A stretch of 45,675 bases of DNA from Candidatus Acidiferrales bacterium (GCA_035603655.1 DATNKA010001157.1:1-45675), one strand, 5' to 3'; positions 1 to 9,107 are shown, counted from the first letter of the stretch. Notes: generated by a model not told the origin, from the letters alone. Made by a program: numbers and translations.

Positions 1-1681
1 CCCCCAGGCTTTCGCCGTCGCTGACCGGCGCGGCGTCGAAGAATCCTCCTGAAACCGGGTCGAAGAATTTCGCAATCATCGCATCGGCGATGTCGCGCGC
101 GAACTTGAAATAACTTAGGGCAGCCGAAGCCTCGTAAGCGTCGAGGCAGGCCAGCGCCGTGGCGGCGTAGTCCTCGAGCAGTCCCGCAACTTCACGGTGC
201 GGAGCATTCGGATCAGAATAAGCGACGACGTGCAAGAGTCGCGAGCCGGCCAGTGTGGCGCGGGTGCTCTCGCCCGCGTGGGCTTGATGCTTCCACGCCT
301 CCGCCAGAATCCGATCCAGCGAACGCAGAGCAAAACGGCGCGCGTCGCCCAAATTCAGCACCTTCGCCGCTTCCAGATAGGCGGAAACGCACATGCTGTT
401 CCATCCTACATAAACTGTCTTGTCCAGGTAAGGAGTCTGTCGCTGCAGGCGCGCGGCATACATTTTCTTCTTCGCTGAATCCAGAATTTCTTTCACTCGC
501 TCAAGCTTGAGGCTCATGCGTCGCGCAATCTCATCGATCGGCGCACGCACGTAGAGCACATTCTTTGCCGGATTGTGGTGCATCTCGCCCACTTCGTTGA
601 TGTCATAATGCAGGGCCGCAACTTGCACTTCTTCTTCGGTCAGGACGGTGCGGGTCTCGTCAAGCGTCCACGTAAAATAATCGCCATCATCGTCCATCGA
701 AATGTCGGCATCCTGCGAAGCATAGAAGCCGCCACGTTGCCGGTCGCTCAGCCACTCGTCCATCCAGCGAATAATGTCGCATGCGACATTTGCCATGAAC
801 TCCGAGCCGGTGGCCTGATAGGCATGCACATAGTTCTTCAGTAACTCTGAATTGTCGTAGCACATCTTTTCGAAGTGCGGCACCACCCAGCGCTCGTCGA
901 CCGAGTAACGATGAAACCCTCCCGCCAGTTGATCGTAGACGCCGCCATTGGCCATGTGCTCCAGCGTGGTGACAATCACGTTCCGCAGGTTTGCGTCCCG
1001 GGTTCGGGCATAACGCCCGATCAATAAATCCAACGCCGAAGGGTGGGGAAATTTAGGCGATTGCCCGAACCCCCCGTGCTGCGCGTCGAACATCTTGAAT
1101 GCGGATTCCTGAATTGTCGTAATGATGCTTGCCGAAACCCGGCCGCTGCGCCCGGCAAATGATTCCGCTTGCGCAATCGTGCTCTCCACCAGCTTCGCCT
1201 GCTCCATCACATCGCCGTTCTTTTCCTTGTAAGCGTTGGCAATGCTGAGCAGCACGCGCTTAAAGCTTGGCCGACCATATCCATCGCTCGGCGGAAAATA
1301 CGTTCCACCATAAAACGGCTTGCCGTCGGGAGTAAGAAATGCAGTGAGCGGCCACCCGCCCTGCCCGCTGACCGCGCTGACCGCCGCCTGATACCGGCTA
1401 TCGATATCTGGACGCTCATCGCGATCGACTTTCACCGCGATGAAATGCTCATTCACAATAGCGGCCACTTCCGGATCGTCATAAGACTCGCGGTCCATCA
1501 CGTGGCACCAGTGGCACCACACCGCGCCGATGTCGAGCAGCATGGGCTTGTTCTCCCGCCGAGCGGAAGCGAACGCGTCTTCACTCCATTCGTGCCACTG
1601 GACGGGCTGGTGCATGGCGGATCGCAGGTAGGCGGAAGACGCGCGAGCGAGGGAGTTGTGGGTCGTAGTGGTCATGATCAT
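1..1681 (-). CDS. Thioredoxin-domain protein of the DUF255/YyaL family; C-terminus runs off the left edge of the window
   Basis: Absent from the ORF track because no stop lies inside the window. Hand translation of the minus strand from ATG at 1681 (second in-frame ATG at 1675) gives MIMTTTTHNSLARASSAYLRSAMHQPVQWHEWSEDAFASARRENKPMLLDIGAVWCHWCHVMDRESYDDPEVAAIVNEHFIAVKVDRDERPDID. Further on it gives EHMANGGVYDQLAGGFHRYSVDERWVVPHFEKMCYDNSELL. Both are hallmark YyaL blocks, and the frame stays open to position 1. Confidence 0.85.
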   Translation of the reverse strand, partial: MIMTTTTHNSLARASSAYLRSAMHQPVQWHEWSEDAFASARRENKPMLLDIGAVWCHWCHVMDRESYDDPEVAAIVNEHFIAVKVDRDERPDIDSRYQAAVSAVSGQGGWPLTAFLTPDGKPFYGGTYFPPSDGYGRPSFKRVLLSIANAYKEKNGDVMEQAKLVESTIAQAESFAGRSGRVSASIITTIQESAFKMFDAQHGGFGQSPKFPHPSALDLLIGRYARTRDANLRNVIVTTLEHMANGGVYDQLAGGFHRYSVDERWVVPHFEKMCYDNSELLKNYVHAYQATGSEFMANVACDIIRWMDEWLSDRQRGGFYASQDADISMDDDGDYFTWTLDETRTVLTEEEVQVAALHYDINEVGEMHHNPAKNVLYVRAPIDEIARRMSLKLERVKEILDSAKKKMYAARLQRQTPYLDKTVYVGWNSMCVSAYLEAAKVLNLGDARRFALRSLDRILAEAWKHQAHAGESTRATLAGSRLLHVVAYSDPNAPHREVAGLLEDYAATALACLDAYEASAALSYFKFARDIADAMIAKFFDPVSGGFFDAAPVSDGESLG

Positions 1682-1736
1682 TACAGTCTAAATGCACCGG
1701 GTGAGTTGACGTCAGCCGGGTGGAACCCTGCAAACT

Positions 1737-2744
1737 TCAAACGAGCCGCTTCGCGATAGTGCAGTACAAATCAATGGCTTCCGCAAGTTGCTGCTTATCG
1801 ATGAACTCACCATCGGTATGCGCGACGTGAATCGATCCCGGACCGATCAGTATCGCCTCGCCCCAATTTGTCAGCGCAGGAATATCGGTAGTGAACGCGG
1901 CGATCATCGTGGGCAAACCGTCGACAGTGCGTAGGCGCAAAAAGGGAAGTTCGAGTGGAAACTTAACCTCGGCTTGATCTCCCGCAGTCTCGAGAATCCG
2001 GCGCCGCAAATCGCGGGACGGACCAATGAGACGGTAGAGCAAATCCGCGTGCGCGTAATCAGGAATCACGTTGGGCGCGCGGCCGCCTTCGATTAATCCA
2101 ATATTCAGAGTGCATGCACCGATCTCCCCATCAGAGGGCAACGGCATCGCACGCAAGCGCGTGAGCACCGCAATCAGCTTGTCGATCGCCGAGTCCCCGA
2201 GCTCTGGATAAGCAGAATGCGCCATCCGTCCGGATGCGGTGACTTCCACTCGCAAAGTGCCTTTCGATGCCAGGGCGATGCGATTCTCTGTCGGCTCACC
2301 ATTGACTACATATTTGTACCGATGCGCTGGATCGTTTGCGGCGTATTCGTTGGCGACTTTGGCACCCAGACTGTCGCGCTCCTCCCCTACCACGAAGAGC
2401 AGTCCAACATGGATTCCTTCGCGCCGTAAACGTTCCGCGGCCGCGACCTGCGCGGCGATGATTCCCTTCGCGTCGCACGAGCCGCGTCCGTAAATGCGCG
2501 CAGCGTCTTCGGAGGAAGGAATGAACGGCGGAACTGTATCCATGTGCGTGGAAAAAACTACCTCTGGATTTGGCTGCTCTGGCGATGTGGCATAGACGTC
2601 AAAACGGTTCTCTTCCACAGGAATTCTCCGCGTCTGGTAGCCGATGCGGCATAGTTCTCCATAGAGATAGTTTCCAACCGCAGCTTCATTACCAGAGATG
2701 GATTCGATGTCGACGAGTTGGCGAGTGAGCGTGATAGCGTCCAT
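1737..2744 (-). CDS. M20 family metallopeptidase (ArgE/DapE-like deacylase)
   Basis: ORF 1737..2792. Sequence MDAITLTRQLVDIESISGNE...FSTHMDTVPP...GRGSCDAKG...VVGEERDS...NGEPTE fits the M20 metal-binding blocks. The longest ORF starts at a TTG (2792); the internal ATG at 2744 (MDAITL) matches the usual N-terminus better. Confidence 0.8.
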   Translation of the reverse strand: MDAITLTRQLVDIESISGNEAAVGNYLYGELCRIGYQTRRIPVEENRFDVYATSPEQPNPEVVFSTHMDTVPPFIPSSEDAARIYGRGSCDAKGIIAAQVAAAERLRREGIHVGLLFVVGEERDSLGAKVANEYAANDPAHRYKYVVNGEPTENRIALASKGTLRVEVTASGRMAHSAYPELGDSAIDKLIAVLTRLRAMPLPSDGEIGACTLNIGLIEGGRAPNVIPDYAHADLLYRLIGPSRDLRRRILETAGDQAEVKFPLELPFLRLRTVDGLPTMIAAFTTDIPALTNWGEAILIGPGSIHVAHTDGEFIDKQQLAEAIDLYCTIAKRLV

Positions 2745-2810
2745 TCGAAAAGGATAAACCACAGCTTGCCCAGCGGCGACGAGTTGAGTCAATCATGTAA
2801 TCTAAGGGCT

Positions 2811-3497
2811 GTGAACGCGCAGACTTCAACCATCAAATCGCTGTTCATTGACGGCCCGGCAGGAAGGCTCGAAGCGCTGTTGAACGCAGGTGCTGACAAT
2901 GCAACGCATGCAGCGGTGGTCTGTCATCCCCATCCTTTGTTTGGCGGAACGCTACATAACAAGGTTGTGTTCCATACCATGAAGGCGCTGAACAGTTTTG
3001 GTTTTCCCGTCCTGCGCTTTAACTTTCGCGGCACCGGACTCAGCCATGGAGAGCACGATAACGGCAACGGGGAAGTGGAAGATGTTCGCACCGCTCTGGG
3101 TTGGCTCGACGCGGAGTTTCACCTGCCCTTGATATTTGCGGGATTCTCTTTTGGCGCTGCGGTTGGGCTGAAGGCCGCGTCTGCGGATGCGCGCGTGGAA
3201 GCATTGATCGCCGTGGGAACCCCAGTTGTACCTGTGGCCGCCGCGGCGGAAGCGCCGCGCGTTTACACATTTGATTTCTTGCGCGACTGCGTTACGCCGA
3301 AATTGTTTGTGAGCGGCGCCCGCGATCAGTTCGCTCCACGGGCGAAGCTGGAGGCCTTGGTGGCTTCGGTGGCCGAGCCGAAAAAGCTGGTCGTGATCGA
3401 AGGCGGGGATCATTTCTTCGAAGGACGCCTGAGGGAACTGAGAGAAGCAATCGAAAGTTGGGTGCGGCAAAGAATCGTTGGAAAACCTTCAATCTAG
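2811..3497 (+). CDS. Alpha/beta hydrolase fold protein
   Basis: ORF 2718..3497. It has HPHPLFGGTLHNKV, the nucleophile elbow GFSFGA (GxSxG) and C-terminal GGDHFF. The GTG at 2811 is preferred as start because it avoids overlap with the divergent M20 gene. Confidence 0.7.
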   Translation: MNAQTSTIKSLFIDGPAGRLEALLNAGADNATHAAVVCHPHPLFGGTLHNKVVFHTMKALNSFGFPVLRFNFRGTGLSHGEHDNGNGEVEDVRTALGWLDAEFHLPLIFAGFSFGAAVGLKAASADARVEALIAVGTPVVPVAAAAEAPRVYTFDFLRDCVTPKLFVSGARDQFAPRAKLEALVASVAEPKKLVVIEGGDHFFEGRLRELREAIESWVRQRIVGKPSI

Positions 3498-3507
3498 CTT
3501 CTCCCCA

Positions 3508-4836
3508 ATGTGCGATGCAAACCGAGTCCCGTTACTTCGTCAGATGCAAGATGCCGCGCGCCGGATTTTTCTTCATGCGCTGGCCGAGGCTTCGATCGCC
3601 AAGGGGTTTGCGAGGCAGGTGCACTGCGAACGCGGGATTTTGCGCGTGCGTGAAGATCTTTATGACCTGCGGACTTATTCGCGGGTCGTGGTGATTTCCA
3701 TCGGAAAGGCTGGACATACGATGGTTGAGGGGCTGGCGCAGCAAATGGGCGAGTCCGCGCTTGAAGGTATTGTGGCAAGTTCGGTCGAGCCTGCTTCGCA
3801 GGTGCGCGGTTTTCGTTATTTTTGTGGCGGGCATCCGTTCCCGAATGCCGAATCCATTTATGCGGCGAAGGCTATCTTGAAATTGCTGGACGCACAAACA
3901 GCGGCCTCGCTTGTGATTTTCCTGATCAGCGGTGGCGGATCATCAATTATGGAGAAGCCGATCGACGATGAAATCTCGCTCGACGATTTGATCTCAACCT
4001 ATCGAGCCCTGGTGCATTCGGGGGCAGCGATCGCGGAAATCAATGCGATCCGCAAACACATTTCAGCGGTGAAAGGTGGGAGACTGGGGCCAGCGGCATT
4101 TCCGGCGCAGCAGGTTTCGCTCCTGGTGTCGGATGTTCCGGACGACCGGCTCGATGCTTTGGCCTCCGGTCCGACGATGCCCGACTCAAGCAGCGTGGAG
4201 GATTGTTACCGCATCGCGGAGAAGCATGGCTTGCTGCCCCAATTGCCGCACTCCACCAGAGAACTTTTTGAGCGCCGTGCGCTCGATGAGACGCCGAAGT
4301 CCGACGATCAGGCATTCTACCGTTCGCGCTGGTGGCCAGTGCTTTCGAACCAGACGGCCGTCGAGCAGGCGAGAACCGCGGCCGGGCGCGCAGGATTTGC
4401 GGTGCACGTGGACAACGCTTGCGATGATTGGGACTACGAACGCGCGGCCGAGTATCTATTGAAGCGGCTTCGCGAACTAAGGAAAGATTCCGGGCGCGTG
4501 TGCCTGATTTCTGGCGGCGAAGTGACGGTGAAAGTCACCAACGGAGGCCTAGGCGGACGCAATCAGCAGTTTGCGTTGGCATGCGCTGGGAAGATTGCCG
4601 GCGAGAATATTACGGTGCTGAGCGCGGGGACCGATGGCGTGGATGGGAATAGTCCTGCAGCGGGCGCGGTAGCGGATGGAAGCACGGCCGCGCGCCTGCG
4701 GGCGGCGGGTCTTGACGCGCGCACGGGGCTCAACAAATTTGACGCGTACCCGCTTTTCAGGGCGCTGGGCGATGTGATTGAGACCGGGCCCACAGGGAAC
4801 AATCTCCGCGACTTGCGAATTCTGTTGGCTTATTGA
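3508..4836 (+). CDS. Glycerate 2-kinase / hydroxypyruvate reductase-like protein (DUF4147 + MOFRL domains)
   Basis: ORF 3478..4836. It has IGKAGHTM, FLISGGGSS, AIRKHISAVKGG and GGEVTVKVTNGGLGGRNQQFALA...SAGTDGVDG, typical of the MOFRL family. Start is uncertain (3478, 3508 or 3544). Confidence 0.8.
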   Translation: MCDANRVPLLRQMQDAARRIFLHALAEASIAKGFARQVHCERGILRVREDLYDLRTYSRVVVISIGKAGHTMVEGLAQQMGESALEGIVASSVEPASQVRGFRYFCGGHPFPNAESIYAAKAILKLLDAQTAASLVIFLISGGGSSIMEKPIDDEISLDDLISTYRALVHSGAAIAEINAIRKHISAVKGGRLGPAAFPAQQVSLLVSDVPDDRLDALASGPTMPDSSSVEDCYRIAEKHGLLPQLPHSTRELFERRALDETPKSDDQAFYRSRWWPVLSNQTAVEQARTAAGRAGFAVHVDNACDDWDYERAAEYLLKRLRELRKDSGRVCLISGGEVTVKVTNGGLGGRNQQFALACAGKIAGENITVLSAGTDGVDGNSPAAGAVADGSTAARLRAAGLDARTGLNKFDAYPLFRALGDVIETGPTGNNLRDLRILLAY

Positions 4837-4980
4837 GAGCCGATCCGGAGGAACTCGAATTCTCTCCAATCCGCGCTTAAGATGTGCAATTGAGTTCACA
4901 CGGCAAAACCCTCGTGGCTCGAGCCATCCAGAAACGGCTGAGAATAAGCTGTTTACGCACGCCCCAGGCTGGCATTAGAC

Positions 4981-5457
4981 TTGCCTACAGTCAACGCGTT
5001 GGGGAGAAAGCCGCGCAACGTGCTTTATAGTCTCTGGCCTTGGTTTCTGGTTCTTGCGATTCCGGCAACTGCTTCTGTGCAGTCTGCGTCTCCTCGTCTT
5101 AGCCAGATGGTTTTATCGGAGCGGGAACACAAACTTTGGAGGACTCCGATTCGCGCCTCCGAGTTCAGCGACGTGCGGCGCACGAGTGCGCGGGCGCGCT
5201 GCGAGGATACTCAGCCTCCCGAAGCGCTAACGACGCCAAATCCGCTGATGGTTCCGGCGGCCGCTGGAATCAAGGTCAAGGTAAGCTTCATCATCGGTGC
5301 GGATGGACGTGTGCACAGTCCTCTCATTTTGCAGAGCGCTGGCCCAGTGGGTGATCGCAACGTCCTGCAAACTGTGCGGGCGTGGCGGTATCGTCCCGCG
5401 ACCTGCAACGGCGTCCCCACCGAAGCCGAAGGGAAGATCGAGTTCTTCCGCCGCTAG
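4981..5457 (+). CDS. Secreted TonB C-terminal domain protein
   Basis: TTG start. N-terminal hydrophobic signal-like segment LWPWFLVLAIPATASVQS. The C-terminal block KVKVSFIIGADGRVHSPLILQSAGPVGDRNVLQTVRAWRYRPATCNGVPTEAEGKIEF resembles TonB_C. Confidence 0.6.
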   Translation: MPTVNALGRKPRNVLYSLWPWFLVLAIPATASVQSASPRLSQMVLSEREHKLWRTPIRASEFSDVRRTSARARCEDTQPPEALTTPNPLMVPAAAGIKVKVSFIIGADGRVHSPLILQSAGPVGDRNVLQTVRAWRYRPATCNGVPTEAEGKIEFFRR

Positions 5458-5518
5458 AGTCGCTGGCATGGGCTAGAATGAATCATCGCTCAAACTCAAT
5501 GCGAGCACGGTCGGAATC

Positions 5519-6589
5519 GTGGATAAGAGCAAGAAACCCGGACAGCCAACCGCCGCAATCCCAGCGCAGAATGGCGAGAATGAGTCCACCGTGAGCCCAG
5601 ACAATCCAGCGTCAGGCGAAATCCATCAGCGTCTCTTTCCGGAAATGCGGCGGCCCAAGCCCAATGACGAAGCGATTGCCGCGGCTCTGGAGGCCATGCA
5701 ACGCCTAACCACCAATATGGATTCTGAAACCGCCGCGGAGGAAACGGCGGCCCAAACGACTCGCGGCGCTTCCGGGGATTGTCCTTCCTGCGGACATCAT
5801 AACCGCGAGGGCAATAAGTTCTGTGGCATGTGTGGACTTCCTGTGGAAGCGGCGTCCAATGAATTGCCAGCTCGCGGATCGCCTGGGTTCGACATCCGCG
5901 CACTGGAGTTACCGGATTTCGCCCGGGAATTAGCTCAAAATCCGCTACCAGCGGCGGGAGCCCGGCCAGAAGTTCATCCGCCCACCGGGGCGGGCGCGCA
6001 CCACTATCACCATCACTACCATCACCACTATTTTCCGGGCGGAGTTGAAGGGGCGGGTACGGCGCCGCGAGTCAATGCGCCCGAGAGCGCGCGCGAAGCG
6101 GATCGCCTACGCGTCGCTGCTGCTGCCAAGGGCGAGCCGATGAGCCGCAGCGAGGCTGCCGTGCGCCGCCTCACGCAGGAATGGGTTCTGGCCTGCAACA
6201 CGCGCCAGCTCGATGAACTGTTGGAACTCTACACGCCCGATGCTGTGGTGCTGCGCTCCAATCTTCCTCTTCTTCGGGGCGCCTCCGCGGTTCGAGAGTT
6301 CTTTTTCTCCGCCCTAGAATCCGGGTTGGGAGAAGTGGCGGTTGAACCCATCCGCGTGGAGGTGGTGGGCGATGTGGCGCATGAAGTAGGACGCTACAGC
6401 GCGCTGGTTCCCGGTACTGCGGGCAAGCGCCGCGAAGAGCGCGGCAAGTATTTGTGGGTCTTCGCCAAGCAGAGCACAGGGGATTGGAAACTGGTTTCAG
6501 AATGCTGGTCCAGCGATCTTACTCTTAGCAGCGCGGAATCTGACATTCCCAAAGCTATTGTTCCTGTTTCGAAGCCTCGCAAGGCTTAA
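5519..6589 (+). CDS. Zinc-ribbon / His-Tyr-rich / SnoaL-like (DUF4440, NTF2 fold) fusion protein
   Basis: CPSCGHHNREGNKFCGMCG zinc ribbon, a HHYHHHYHHHY tract, and a C-terminal EAAVRRLTQEWVLACNTRQLDELLELYTPDAVV...GKYLWVFAKQSTGDWKLVSECWSSD block typical of DUF4440/SnoaL-like folds. GTG start. Confidence 0.65.
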   Translation: MDKSKKPGQPTAAIPAQNGENESTVSPDNPASGEIHQRLFPEMRRPKPNDEAIAAALEAMQRLTTNMDSETAAEETAAQTTRGASGDCPSCGHHNREGNKFCGMCGLPVEAASNELPARGSPGFDIRALELPDFARELAQNPLPAAGARPEVHPPTGAGAHHYHHHYHHHYFPGGVEGAGTAPRVNAPESAREADRLRVAAAAKGEPMSRSEAAVRRLTQEWVLACNTRQLDELLELYTPDAVVLRSNLPLLRGASAVREFFFSALESGLGEVAVEPIRVEVVGDVAHEVGRYSALVPGTAGKRREERGKYLWVFAKQSTGDWKLVSECWSSDLTLSSAESDIPKAIVPVSKPRKA

Positions 6590-6632
6590 CTCTTATCTGA
6601 GGGCTTCTCAGCCTTGCTGATCATCGATTTAT

Positions 6633-7244
6633 TCACGGCCTCACCAAAAGCTTCCCTAAATCTCCACGCAACTGTTCCAGCGTCTGCATTTGGATCGTGC
6701 GCATGCCGAGTTTTGCGGCGCATTCGAGGTTCAGAGCGCGGTCATCGATGAAGCAGCACTGTTCAGGATTGATCTGCGTGATCTCGAGTGCCAGGCGGTA
6801 AATACCACTCTCTGGTTTGCGCAATCCGACAAAGCAGGAGCTGACAAATACTCGAAAGATATCGCGCAGGCCGAATTTCTTGATGCGGTACAAGTTTAGC
6901 TCGCGGGATTCATTGTTGATTGTTCCCATAAAGTATTTGCCGGAAGCGGCGAGATCGCGCGCGAAGGTGAGAACATCCGTCATCGGCCGCGATAACGACA
7001 ACATGTAATCCCGAAACTCTTCGCGGGTAAATGAACGGCTGCGGTAAAAGACAGTACGATCGAGATAGTCGTCGAGCGAGATCTTTCCACGCTCAAATGA
7101 CGAGACGACCATTTCGTGCCGCCCGTGAAACTCCTTTTCGTCGAGTTGAAAATGTTCGAGTGCTGCAGCCCGTTCGGTGTGATCCCAGGCGTTGGTGAGA
7201 AGAACCCCTCCAACGTCCCAGAAGATGGCGTGAATCTCTGACAT
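6633..7244 (-). CDS. HAD-IA family hydrolase
   Basis: N-terminal motif I region HAIFWDVGGVLL, and CCFIDDRALNLECA (motif IV-like DD). ATG start. Confidence 0.75.
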   Translation of the reverse strand: MSEIHAIFWDVGGVLLTNAWDHTERAAALEHFQLDEKEFHGRHEMVVSSFERGKISLDDYLDRTVFYRSRSFTREEFRDYMLSLSRPMTDVLTFARDLAASGKYFMGTINNESRELNLYRIKKFGLRDIFRVFVSSCFVGLRKPESGIYRLALEITQINPEQCCFIDDRALNLECAAKLGMRTIQMQTLEQLRGDLGKLLVRP

Positions 7245-7363
7245 TTTGAAGCCTCATTAACTACAACAAATGAGAAAGCCTGTTGCCTTTCGGAAAGCGC
7301 GTTTCAGCACTGCAAGCTAAGGAAGGGCAACCCGGCAAGAGAAACTGGTCAACGGAAGACATC

Positions 7364-7408
7364 TGGGCGTCCGGAAAGATTCGAACTCTCAACCTATTGC
7401 TCCGGAGG
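7364..7408 (-). repeat. Diverged partial copy of the 3-prime half of tRNA-Arg(CCG), candidate old att remnant
   Basis: tgggcgtccggaaagattcgaactctcaacctattgctccggagg aligns to the tRNA at 13736-13781 with about 5 differences in 46 nt. No complementary acceptor or anticodon 5-prime strand follows. Confidence 0.6.
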
Positions 7409-7661
7409 ACTTGCCGCACGAATCATCGACAGTTTAGCACCGCTCTCACCGACGGCGATGCGTGAGTGAGATCCGCGAAGTAGCCTCCGACGATCAGGAG
7501 ATCGTCGCGCGCTTGCCGCGCGCCTCTGGACAAGCGAGTACCCCGTCTGCGCCGTTCACCTGCCTTGGCTGGAAACGAAGCGTTCGGTATCGAACAGTCT
7601 GCCCAGCGCCGGGCGTTTATAGTCTGTCCACAACCGACTGCGGGAGCGTCTGACCTTGACG

Positions 7662-7868
7662 ATGAAGACACCGCACCAACCACCCTGCTGTCCCTACTGT
7701 GTTCTGGGCGCGGGATTCCGGGTAATGAAAGTTCTCCAAAACGGGCGACAGATTTGCGAGAGTTGCGGCCACATCGTTTTTCCGAACGATAAAGCGTTCA
7801 GGTGCCCGTGCCCGAAGTGTCTGGAAGTGAATTTCTCTCCCAGGATTCGCCGCTTGCGACGGAGCTAG
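7662..7868 (+). CDS. Small Cys-rich zinc-ribbon protein, uncharacterised
   Basis: MKTPHQPPCCPYCVLGAGFRVMKVLQNGRQICESCGHIVFPNDKAFRCPCPKCLEV. The same Cys spacing recurs in the protein at 35299..35604. ORF track start is a TTG at 7656; ATG at 7662. Confidence 0.55.
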   Translation: MKTPHQPPCCPYCVLGAGFRVMKVLQNGRQICESCGHIVFPNDKAFRCPCPKCLEVNFSPRIRRLRRS

Positions 7869-7937
7869 GTCGTCGGTTTTCGTCAAAATGACTCACCAGC
7901 CGTGGCGGGCTCGTCACACTGGTACAGCGCAGCGCAA

Positions 7938-9107
7938 TCAACGCGGCTTTTCGGCCGGAGGACGACTCGCCGGCTTTGGTGCTTGGCGCTGTGTCATCTG
8001 CTGCTGCTGGGCAGCATGCTTTTGCTCGACCTGTTGCGTTTGCTGAGCATGGCGCTGCTCCATCTGTTGTTTCTGCGCATCGTTGTAGTTTTTCTGGGCC
8101 GCCTGCTGGTGTTCTTTTTCCTGCTGCTGCTGGAGTTTCTGATGATCCTGCGCTTGCTTGGCAGCTAGCTTGTCCTGTTGTTGCTGATATTTCTTGTCCG
8201 TTGCCTCGTTACCTGTGTTTGGCGGTGTCGCCTTGTGCGGCTGCAATTCGCTGGCATGGTTGTAAGTGTTGGGATGAGCTTCGGTAGTATTTGCCGGAGG
8301 GTTTTCCGTACCGGGGCGAGCTTCATTTCCCGGTCGCGCTTGATTGCCGCGCGCGGCATTGGCGGGAGGAGCCTTGTATTCACCGCCTGCCTGTCTGGCA
8401 GGTACAACGCCAGTTTTGAAATCAGCGGGTTTGGCAGTGGCTGCGACCGGCGGCTTGCCGTGGTTGGCGGAAGCGCGAAACTCGGGATTACTGCGGGCTG
8501 CCTGAACGTGCTGGGTTTGCGCCGGTACCGGGCCGACATGGCGTTCCTTAGCGTAGGAGTCTTCCTGCGGCGTAGGGCGCGCTTGGACCCCACCGTCACC
8601 ACCGTTGTAGCTGACGTGGGTTTCTGTCACGTTGGTGACTCTTACGTTGTAGGTGTTGTGGATAATGGTGGTGTTTACATGATTCACGTAGGTGTTATAG
8701 GAGAAGTGATCGCCCTCCCAGCGGCCGCCTTCGTATCCAAAACCCCCGTAGCCGAAGCCGTAATTGATGCCGCCATAGAAGCCCACCTGCGGGCCCCAAT
8801 ATCCTTCATGGAAAAAGAACGCACTATCGCCCCAGCCCCAATAGCCTGGGGTCCAAAGGAAGCCCACCTGTGGCGCTTCTACCCACGTACCGGGCACCCA
8901 GTAATAGCCGTCGTCATCGTCGTAGGCCCAGTAACCGGGAATCCAAAGATAGCCGTCGTTGGGACAGACGGGCTGGTCGTAGACGGGAAGTGGAGGAGGG
9001 CCGAAGCTAACGGAAATGCCAACACCGATTTGAGCGAACGCACCGTGGGAAAGAGCCAGCAAGACAAACGAAAAAAGCAACAGGCGAAAAGCAACTGTAG
9101 TACGCAT
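7938..9107 (-). CDS. Secreted YXWGXW repeat protein with Gln-rich low-complexity C-terminal tail
   Basis: Signal peptide MRTTVAFRLLLFSFVLLALSHGAFA. Repeats YLWIPGYWAY, YYWVPGTWV, FLWTPGYWGW and HEGYWGP. C-terminal QQQQDKLAAKQAQDHQKLQQQQEKEHQQAAQK. GAAGGA-type SD before the ATG. Confidence 0.8.
   Translation of the reverse strand: MRTTVAFRLLLFSFVLLALSHGAFAQIGVGISVSFGPPPLPVYDQPVCPNDGYLWIPGYWAYDDDDGYYWVPGTWVEAPQVGFLWTPGYWGWGDSAFFFHEGYWGPQVGFYGGINYGFGYGGFGYEGGRWEGDHFSYNTYVNHVNTTIIHNTYNVRVTNVTETHVSYNGGDGGVQARPTPQEDSYAKERHVGPVPAQTQHVQAARSNPEFRASANHGKPPVAATAKPADFKTGVVPARQAGGEYKAPPANAARGNQARPGNEARPGTENPPANTTEAHPNTYNHASELQPHKATPPNTGNEATDKKYQQQQDKLAAKQAQDHQKLQQQQEKEHQQAAQKNYNDAQKQQMEQRHAQQTQQVEQKHAAQQQQMTQRQAPKPASRPPAEKPR

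Noticed and set aside
1169-1759. 196-aa plus-strand ORF
   Set aside because: It lies antisense to the well-supported YyaL-like gene. The composition is Arg/His/Ala-rich, typical of shadow frames in GC-rich DNA, with no motifs.
7364-7460. Possible complete (long-variable-arm) tRNA at the first tRNA-like segment
   Set aside because: Only the T-arm, the 3-prime acceptor strand and the 3-prime anticodon-stem side are present. The upstream sequence provides no complementary acceptor (GCCGTCG against CGGACGC mispairs) or anticodon-stem strand. I treat it as a partial copy.
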